This document shows positions 57,594 through 64,000 of a DNA stretch of 64,000 bases, piece by piece (the stretch's first letter is position 1; the number at the start of each line of letters is the position of its first letter). A model generated the notes under the pieces. It saw only the letters and a program-made list of their open reading frames with translations, searched no databases and had not been told where the DNA came from. The position numbers were made by a program, and so were the translations under genes. The stretch is from assembly GCA_025451045.1 (NCBI GenBank), contig JANWLD010000001.1, positions 133,812 to 197,811 on the forward strand, given 5' to 3'. The DNA is from Candidatus Saccharimonadales bacterium (lineage in GTDB: Bacteria; Patescibacteriota; Saccharimonadia; Saccharimonadales; 2-12-FULL-41-12).

Positions 57594-57677
57594 GTTCCAC
57601 TCCTACGCACCCTTCTCTCTTTATAGATACTATAATAGGGGGTATACTGTAAGATGAATGACCAAGGAGGAGCATAC

Positions 57678-58097
57678 ATGCGAGGGCCGATAGATTACAT
57701 TATTGTAGGATTTGAAGGAAATAAGTTTGATGGCAGCATCCTGCGTGCCCTTGAGGAAGCCATTGACAAGGGCATTATCAGCTTAATTGCCCTCTCAGTT
57801 ATACAAAAAGATAGCAAAGGCACAATAAGCACACTGGATATTGCCAACGTAGGTGATGAGTACGTCGTAGAGTTTAATGAAAAGTACAAGCCGGATAATA
57901 AAAATATCTCCAGCGAAGACATGGATGAAGTAGCGGAGTTGATTGAAAACAATACCAGTGCGGGACTATTAATTATTGAGCAAACATGGGCCAAGCCGCT
58001 TAAAAAAGCATTGATTGATGCGAACGGTGTCTTAGTAGCTGAAGGACGAATCCATCCAGACGCTGCTGCTGAGTTAAACGAAGAAAAGGGGAAGTAG
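57678..58097 (+). CDS. DUF6325/DUF1269-like protein
   Basis: aaggagg SD 8 nt upstream of ATG 57678. It begins PIDYIIVGFEGNKFDGSILRAL, and a SHOCT gene follows, which is the usual pairing as I recall it. Confidence 0.5.
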   Translation: MRGPIDYIIVGFEGNKFDGSILRALEEAIDKGIISLIALSVIQKDSKGTISTLDIANVGDEYVVEFNEKYKPDNKNISSEDMDEVAELIENNTSAGLLIIEQTWAKPLKKALIDANGVLVAEGRIHPDAAAELNEEKGK

Positions 58098-58098
58098 A

Positions 58099-58356
58099 AT
58101 GCCAGGTTTATTAAGGGGTGTAGCGCGGACTGCCGTTATTGCTGGTACTGCAACCCACGTTTCCAATAATGTTAGCCGCAGGCAAGCCCAGAGATGGAAT
58201 GCCCAAGAACAGGAGCAAGCCGCTCAAGCCCAACCGCAGCAACCTGCTGTTAATGAGCAAATGGCACAACTTGAACAGTTAGGTAAACTCAGAGATCAAG
58301 GCATCCTTACACAAGAAGAATTTGACGCTAAAAAAAGTCAGATTCTAGGGCTTTAA
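58099..58356 (+). CDS. SHOCT-domain protein
   Basis: C-terminal LGKLRDQGILTQEEFDAKKSQILGL. Confidence 0.7.
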   Translation: MPGLLRGVARTAVIAGTATHVSNNVSRRQAQRWNAQEQEQAAQAQPQQPAVNEQMAQLEQLGKLRDQGILTQEEFDAKKSQILGL

Positions 58357-58364
58357 TTTAATAG

Positions 58365-59951
58365 CTACTTCTGGACTTTGTTTGGAATATTGCGGGAAAA
58401 CAGCAACGTAATAATTGATATAAAGACCAGTGCGTATAATGCGACCCGCAAAGATTGAAGCTGGGATTCGTTATATAGGCTACTTATCTCTGCAGAGTCA
58501 CTTGGGCTCAAGCCTGCTTTATTGGCGTAATCTTCGACCTCGCTGATGGGAACTACCGAAACTCCAGCCTCAGTTTTTTCACTGACATAAGATTTAGTGC
58601 TAGCGGATAAGTCACTACTTTGTACGTCGGCGGCGAATGAAGTCGTAAGGGATGCTATGAGTACCGATCCTATCAAGGCAGTGCCGAGTGATGAGCCAAG
58701 ATTTTGGAAAACTCCTTGCAAACCGCCGACTTCGCTGCTTCTTTTAGCAGGGACGCTGGACATATTGATATTACCGATCTGTGATGCCAAAAGTCCCAAC
58801 GCCGCTCCGACAAATAGCATTGACATGCCAAATAAAAAGCCTTTCAAAGTTGACGACACGGAAGCAAGCAAGCCAAATGAACTAGCAATTAATATATACT
58901 GGCCTAGCCTGATTATTTTCTTAGGCGACCATTTGGCAGACAAGCGGGTTCCAAGAACAGAAAACAGTATGATACCTACCGACAGCGGGAAAATCTTGAT
59001 ACCGGTCTTAAGCGCGTCATACCCAAGTGTCATCTGCAGATAGACAGGGATAATAAAGAATATGCCGGCTATCATCGCATATTGGGCAAGTAAAACCGAC
59101 AACCCGCTGCGCAACTGAGCAATCGACAGCATCGATACATCCAGCAGCACGTCTTTTTTCTGCTCGGCAAGTTTTTGTTGCCGGCTATAAAATAGGCGCA
59201 ATATGACAATCCCGGATAAAATCAGGTAAGCGCACATTGATATGCCAAGCGGAGCAAGCTCGTGCCCAAAAACTTCAGGCGAATTCAGCGGCTGGACCCA
59301 ACCCCATATTTTGCTTTGCAGCATTCCGAAAACAAGCAGAACCAAACCACTGGCGGACATTAGAACACTCAGGACATCTATTTTGATCTTTATCGGCTTT
59401 GCGGTATCAAGTATGTGGTTTTTAAATAGCAATACGCCTGCCATAGTCACGACTTCGGCGAAGAAAACATAGCGCCAAGACAGGTAAGTGGTGACAAAAC
59501 CGCCTATCAGCGGCCCGGCGGCCATTGCCGCCCCGGACACAGCGCCAATAATTGCAAACCCGGTAACTCGATCTTTGCCCTTGTAATTATTAGCAATAAG
59601 CGCCGCAATGGCTGGAATAACCAATACGGCACCGATACCTTCTATGACCGACCAGCCCAAGAACAACATAGTGATATTTGCGCTAAGGCCGGTTATCAAT
59701 GAACCTGTGGCATAAATAATGCTGCCAATAACAAATGCTTTCTTCCTTCCCCAGATATCGCCAAGCTTAGCCCCGAGCAACATAAGCGCAGCCATTGTTA
59801 GCGTATAAAATGTGATGCAAGCCTGCATCGCAGAGACTGTCGTATCAAGGTCTTTGACAACCGTAGAAATAGAAACATTCATCACGGTACTATCAAGCAC
59901 CATTACGAACTGCGCGCAAGCCAATACAATTGCTACAGTCCACTTCTTCAT
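58365..59951 (-). CDS. MFS transporter, 14-TM DHA2 (EmrB/QacA-like)
   Basis: LDSTVMNVS and GKLGDIWGRKK motifs with about 14 TM helices. ATG 59951 lies 9 nt downstream of TATAAT (59961-66, minus strand). Confidence 0.8.
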   Translation of the reverse strand: MKKWTVAIVLACAQFVMVLDSTVMNVSISTVVKDLDTTVSAMQACITFYTLTMAALMLLGAKLGDIWGRKKAFVIGSIIYATGSLITGLSANITMLFLGWSVIEGIGAVLVIPAIAALIANNYKGKDRVTGFAIIGAVSGAAMAAGPLIGGFVTTYLSWRYVFFAEVVTMAGVLLFKNHILDTAKPIKIKIDVLSVLMSASGLVLLVFGMLQSKIWGWVQPLNSPEVFGHELAPLGISMCAYLILSGIVILRLFYSRQQKLAEQKKDVLLDVSMLSIAQLRSGLSVLLAQYAMIAGIFFIIPVYLQMTLGYDALKTGIKIFPLSVGIILFSVLGTRLSAKWSPKKIIRLGQYILIASSFGLLASVSSTLKGFLFGMSMLFVGAALGLLASQIGNINMSSVPAKRSSEVGGLQGVFQNLGSSLGTALIGSVLIASLTTSFAADVQSSDLSASTKSYVSEKTEAGVSVVPISEVEDYANKAGLSPSDSAEISSLYNESQLQSLRVALYALVFISIITLLFSRNIPNKVQK

Positions 59952-60011
59952 AATGGTCGCATTATAACATCTATATAAATATGACCAGCCAAACCCCAAT
60001 TTTTAGATTGG

Positions 60012-60257
60012 CTATTTTCTTGAAGTCTGGGTTTTTCTCAGTTTCAACCGAAGGTTTGAAATATAATCTTTGGTACTAATTTGCGGATGGGTATTCAGGT
60101 ATTCCATGTGGATGTCTATAAAAGATATCCGGTGCTCGGGCCACCGTTCAGCATTTGCCCGATAGGCCGACTCCGTAATAAAAGAAGGGTCGGCTTCCAT
60201 CCGGCGCAAAACAGCTTTTGCTTCTATGAGCTCAGTCTCGTCTCTTATTACCTTCAT
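60012..60257 (-). CDS. hypothetical 81-aa protein
   Basis: ATG ORF between the RRM gene and the MFS gene on the same strand. No domain is recognised. Confidence 0.4.
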   Translation of the reverse strand: MKVIRDETELIEAKAVLRRMEADPSFITESAYRANAERWPEHRISFIDIHMEYLNTHPQISTKDYISNLRLKLRKTQTSRK

Positions 60258-60263
60258 AAATCC

Positions 60264-60554
60264 CTACCTTCGAAAACTTCCGCCGTAGCTTGGGGGACGA
60301 CTGCTACTTTGCGGCCTTGCCTGGTTAACAACCAGAGATCTGCCATTGCTTTCCTTGCCATTGAGGGCTTTGATAGCTTCCTGGCCTTCTTTTAGCTCCG
60401 ACATTTCAACAAACCCAAAGCCTTTGGAATCGCCCGTGTCGCGGTTGGTAATTATCTTAGCGCTTAAAACTTTTCCGTGCGCCGCGAACATATTATTAAG
60501 CTGTTCTTCGGTCGTACTGTAAGAAAAGCCTCCCACATATAATTTTATTGACAT
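60264..60554 (-). CDS. RRM-type RNA-binding protein
   Basis: RNP2 LYVGGF, RNP1 KGFGFVEM and a Gly/Ser/Arg C-terminal tail. Confidence 0.85.
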   Translation of the reverse strand: MSIKLYVGGFSYSTTEEQLNNMFAAHGKVLSAKIITNRDTGDSKGFGFVEMSELKEGQEAIKALNGKESNGRSLVVNQARPQSSSRPPSYGGSFRR

Positions 60555-60724
60555 AAAAACCTTTCTTTATTTGATATCGCCTGTATTTAGTACTTCTGCC
60601 GGAGGGATATCGAGCCGAAAGGCCAAGTATGACTACGGTAGTTCATAATAACTACTTGCTTACGTCTAATTATAGCATAAAACAGCCCAATAACTCCTTT
60701 CTTGCTATTATTAATCCAAGGTAT

Positions 60725-61480
60725 ATGAAACGAAGCCATATCACAAAATTAAAAAAGCCGCACATCTTTTTGGTAGCTGTACTAGCCTTAGCAGCTTATT
60801 TGATATTTGCCTATAATTATTTTTATTTCAGGCTTCATAGCATTAAGCTTGATTGGCCGAATAACCGACATACTTATCGTTTCAACGAAAAGGCCTCTTC
60901 AAATAAAACCTATGTAGCGCTTGGTGACAGCCTGACTTTTGGTTTTGGCACAGATAATTATCAGGATAGCTATACCTACCAAGTGGCTCAGTATTTGTCT
61001 CAAAACGGGCAGGGAATTTTGCTCAAGGATTTTTCTTTTCCCGGCTATAAATCTTTGGATATATTGCAGACGGTCGACGCAGTAATTGCTTATAAGCCGG
61101 ACATAGTGACTGTTTTTGTCGGGGTTAATGACACTCACAAACTAGTACAGTCCGGCGATTTTACCAAGAATTATAACCAAATCTTATCTCGTCTTTCCAG
61201 CGAAACAAAGGCCAGAATTTACGTGATTAATTTGCCTTATTTAGGTGCCAAGTCTATACTTTTGACCCCCTATAACCATTACTTTGACAGCAAAACGCGC
61301 GAGCGGAATAACACTCTCAGACAATTAGCTGATAAATATAGAGCTAGCTACATAGATTTGTATACCCCAACCGTTAATCGTTTCAAAAAAGACGGGCCTT
61401 GGTACAGCAAAGATTTATACCATCCTTCCGCTCAGGGCTACAAGATTTGGGCAGAAATTATCGAAAATGATATACATTAA
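60725..61480 (+). CDS. SGNH/GDSL hydrolase, membrane anchored
   Basis: VALGDSLTFG (block I), GVND (block III) and DLYHPS (block V). ATG 60725 precedes the TM. Confidence 0.8.
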   Translation: MKRSHITKLKKPHIFLVAVLALAAYLIFAYNYFYFRLHSIKLDWPNNRHTYRFNEKASSNKTYVALGDSLTFGFGTDNYQDSYTYQVAQYLSQNGQGILLKDFSFPGYKSLDILQTVDAVIAYKPDIVTVFVGVNDTHKLVQSGDFTKNYNQILSRLSSETKARIYVINLPYLGAKSILLTPYNHYFDSKTRERNNTLRQLADKYRASYIDLYTPTVNRFKKDGPWYSKDLYHPSAQGYKIWAEIIENDIH

Positions 61481-62597
61481 TAACCCCGTTCAACAAACTT
61501 GGATTGTTACCATCCTGCTTGGTGTAGCGTTGGCATTGTCTTTGCGCAAAAGGAAAGACAAGGAGCTATTCCCAGTTTCTGTTACCCAGGAGTTGAAAGG
61601 CCTTGCGATACTATTCATCATCTTTGCTCACATTGGATACAGCCTGTCATCAAGTTCGCAGTTCTTATGGCCGCTATCTAACTTAGCCGGAGTAGGCGTT
61701 AATATATTTTTATTCGTGTCCGGCTATGGACTGACCAGCAGCGCTTTGAAAAAACCACTTAGTATCAAGCAGTTTTATAGCCGTAGGCTTAAAAAGCTTT
61801 TCATACCTTTTTGGCTTATCATTACTATTTATTTTTTGGCCGATTACTTTTTCCTGAGCCGTAGCTACCCAGTTGAGTATATGGCTAAAGCCTTTGGTGG
61901 CATATTCCAAACCGCAGATGTTATTAAAGATTTGGATTCACCGCTTTGGTACTTCTCATTAATTTTATTTTATTACCTGATTTACCCGCTGGTTTTTATC
62001 AAAAAACGTCCATGGATTTCTGCTTTGATAATCTTCGCAGTTACTTACTTTCTAATCCACCACAGCTTCATCGGCAAATACGACAACATCCATTTGTATA
62101 AAGTCTACACCGCGGCCTTTCCACTGGGCATAATTGCGGCTTGGCTTCATTCAAACAAAGATAAAATCAGTTTGTACCTAAATAACTTTTCAAATTCAAT
62201 CACTAGCTATCGTCCAGGCAAAATGATGAGAAGATCCTTCAGCTACATTTTAATAGTCGGGTTGTTGGCGGCGGTAATTTACAGCCGGGCTTACTCCAGC
62301 CCGTGGGACAGTCCGCTCAAAGAACAGACGGTTAACCTACTGACTGTATTTGCACTTCTTTTGCTCTTTATGATTAAGCGGCTGGACATGAAGTTGCTAT
62401 ATATCTTTGGCGTGTATTCTTATGAAATTTATTTGATCCATTGGCCGTTGATATCGCGCTATGACATTATTTTCAAACATACTAAGCCGTGGCTCGGCGT
62501 AATCTTATATTTGGCAATATTTATTTTATTGGCTTGGGTATTTAGCAAACTTGTAAGCTTCGTTGAAAATTATCCAAGAAAATCTGCCAGCCAATAA
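61467..62597 (+). CDS. acyltransferase family 3 (AT3) membrane O-acyltransferase
   Basis: ELKGLAILFIIFAHIGY and about 10 TM helices. It overlaps the SGNH gene by 14 nt. Confidence 0.8.
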   Translation: MIYINNPVQQTWIVTILLGVALALSLRKRKDKELFPVSVTQELKGLAILFIIFAHIGYSLSSSSQFLWPLSNLAGVGVNIFLFVSGYGLTSSALKKPLSIKQFYSRRLKKLFIPFWLIITIYFLADYFFLSRSYPVEYMAKAFGGIFQTADVIKDLDSPLWYFSLILFYYLIYPLVFIKKRPWISALIIFAVTYFLIHHSFIGKYDNIHLYKVYTAAFPLGIIAAWLHSNKDKISLYLNNFSNSITSYRPGKMMRRSFSYILIVGLLAAVIYSRAYSSPWDSPLKEQTVNLLTVFALLLLFMIKRLDMKLLYIFGVYSYEIYLIHWPLISRYDIIFKHTKPWLGVILYLAIFILLAWVFSKLVSFVENYPRKSASQ

Positions 62598-62642
62598 AAA
62601 TTCTCTTTTTGCTCATGCTTGCTCTTTCTCTAGTGTAGGCGT

Positions 62643-63314
62643 ATGTTTGAGTTAATGAGCGAACTAGCACCTCGGTTATGGAGTGATTTTGACGGTACTG
62701 CCGTCCAGCTGGCTAAAAAGAGTCAGCCGCGCAACTGGGCTAAGTATCCACTGCCAATTATGGAAGGATATATTGACTTTTTAAGGGGTGTAAAATCAAA
62801 GCAGATAGATATCGCCGGTGTTGCCTCCAGACGGCCAAATATATATCTCCGTCGCTTGGCCATGGTTAAATCAATACAGCATCTTGGCATGATGGAATTT
62901 TTCCCAAGAGGAGACCAGCTTGCTCTTGCTGGCAGTGAAAAGGCAAAGGGCGGGTTTATTGCCGAACAAAGCCGTAGAAGCATCGTTGGCATGCTGGAAG
63001 ATAAACCACATGAGCTAGGCAAGTCATTAATAAGGGCAATAGGTAGCTCCGCCGGCCATTCTGTCGGCTTTCGCCATCCGATTTTACTTGGAGTAGTTGA
63101 ACATGAACGTATCCAGGAATATATAGAAGAACTTGCCGAAACAGCTGGAAGCGAAAGAGTAGAGTTGCCGGCAAGTATTAATTCAGGCGGCGAACCGTCT
63201 GATGGTTTTTCCGTGGTTTCAGGTAATCTTAATCTGCATGTTGTGCAGCTGCAGCCTTACTCCATAGAAGCCGGCAAAGACTTCGGCCAAAAACTTCTAA
63301 AACTTACCGCTTAA
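62643..63314 (+). CDS. hypothetical, weak HAD-like motif
   Basis: WSDFDGTAV resembles HAD motif I (DxDGT). The rest is unassigned. Confidence 0.35.
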   Translation: MFELMSELAPRLWSDFDGTAVQLAKKSQPRNWAKYPLPIMEGYIDFLRGVKSKQIDIAGVASRRPNIYLRRLAMVKSIQHLGMMEFFPRGDQLALAGSEKAKGGFIAEQSRRSIVGMLEDKPHELGKSLIRAIGSSAGHSVGFRHPILLGVVEHERIQEYIEELAETAGSERVELPASINSGGEPSDGFSVVSGNLNLHVVQLQPYSIEAGKDFGQKLLKLTA

Positions 63315-63471
63315 ATATCTTTCTACTTATGCTAGCAGGAGCTTATGTTTAACCCATGTGGACGGCTTCGGAAGAAGCGGGTTCGCCTTTAACATGCTTG
63401 ATAGCAAAGAAAGCTATAACTGACGCGGCAAAGATGCATTTATTCATAGACCCTTTTCCGATAACATATTG

Positions 63472-63500
63472 TTGACATTTTTATTAATAAATTTTAATAT
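63472..63500 (+). promoter_or_regulatory. promoter TTGACA-17-TAATAT, 10 nt upstream of ATG 63511
   Basis: TTGACA at 63472-77 and TAATAT at 63495-500. Confidence 0.55.
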
Positions 63501-63510
63501 ACTTACTACT

Positions 63511-64000
63511 ATGGGTGTTGAAGATTCTTCCCCTGGACCTGAGGCACCACCATTGCTAGAAGTAGCTTTAGGTGAGTCGAAAATTCATATACAAAACCTT
63601 CCAGAAATGATTGAAGCCTCCCGTGCCAATCGTATTCGTGTTCATCACCAGGCTTACGCTGACGGACCCGTCAGATCAACATCCATCGATGTATTTACCA
63701 GTGAGGATCAAATTCAATGGCAAGGCTCAATAGGATTTCAAAGACCTCTGATGCATCACGCTTACCAAGACAGATTAACGCGCAGCCTGTGGGGTGAGGA
63801 TAGCGAAGATACTGAAGATCTTCGGACAGAAATCTGGATTCCTGATCATCCAATGGGGAAACTAGATTCCGGTGCCTATAGTTTTTATGTGGGATTTGCT
63901 TCTGAAGCTGGCCACCGAGGTTTCGAGTATCTAGGTATTGGAGGTCCGTTTGGGTATAGGCAGGAAATTGACCCGGAAGAAGCTGTTAAGCAAGAGGAGC
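63511..64000 (+). CDS. hypothetical protein, 3'-truncated by window edge (not in ORF track)
   Basis: My translation MGVEDSSPGPEAPPLLEVALGESKIHIQNLPEMIEASRANRIRVHHQAYADGP... stays open for 163 codons to the window end. Confidence 0.55.
   Translation, partial: MGVEDSSPGPEAPPLLEVALGESKIHIQNLPEMIEASRANRIRVHHQAYADGPVRSTSIDVFTSEDQIQWQGSIGFQRPLMHHAYQDRLTRSLWGEDSEDTEDLRTEIWIPDHPMGKLDSGAYSFYVGFASEAGHRGFEYLGIGGPFGYRQEIDPEEAVKQEE

Noticed and set aside
57654-57677. Upstream ATG start (MNDQGGAY) for the DUF6325-like gene
   Set aside because: A perfect aaggagg SD sits at 57663-69, inside that extension, and is correctly spaced for ATG 57678.

Overview
This is a gene-dense bacterial chromosome segment with about 70 CDS and 2 tRNA genes. 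Intergenic gaps are short and many neighbouring genes overlap by 4 nt (ATGA or GTGA). I saw no rRNA, CRISPR array, transposase or integrase. The gene content includes an archaeal-type AspRS, a eukaryote-type PMM-like HAD protein, a LexA DNA-binding-domain-only protein, an RRM protein, monoderm-type envelope genes and very little biosynthesis. That suggests a reduced Gram-positive-type lineage such as Saccharibacteria/CPR, but this taxonomic guess is inference only.

Bases 1-30100 form a large surface-glycan locus. It contains an O-antigen-ligase-like protein, a Wzm/Wzt ABC exporter, several GT2/GT4 glycosyltransferases and three GT-C-like polytopic membrane proteins. It also carries a polyprenyl-phosphate GT2, GtrA, a translationally coupled nitroreductase / flippase-like / pyruvyltransferase module, rmlBCDA, ugd, glmS and a WbaP/CpsE-type priming transferase.

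The remainder is housekeeping and envelope genes: uppP, nadD, a Kef-type antiporter, DsbA, aspS, tsaC, MazG, a Mur ligase, two ABC-2 exporters, HIT, dus, nnrD, a Zur/ZIP/DUF4396 zinc module, an SDR, an MFS transporter and an SGNH + AT3 pair. Several orphan membrane or secreted proteins are interspersed.

The most notable observations are:
- About 17 operon-first genes have a -10 hexamer (often extended, TGn) only 6-11 nt upstream of the start codon with no Shine-Dalgarno sequence. This is an apparently leaderless architecture.
- A roughly 250-nt hairpin-rich leader with its own extended -10 and a strong SD precedes an orphan 513-aa zinc-ribbon protein (31358-33196).
- A near-consensus orphan promoter fires into a gene-less gap (36011-36200).
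- The coupled nitroreductase / UPF0104 / pyruvyltransferase module sits between inverted GT-C paralogs.

All functional calls rest on my reading of motifs in the supplied translations. No database search was run.
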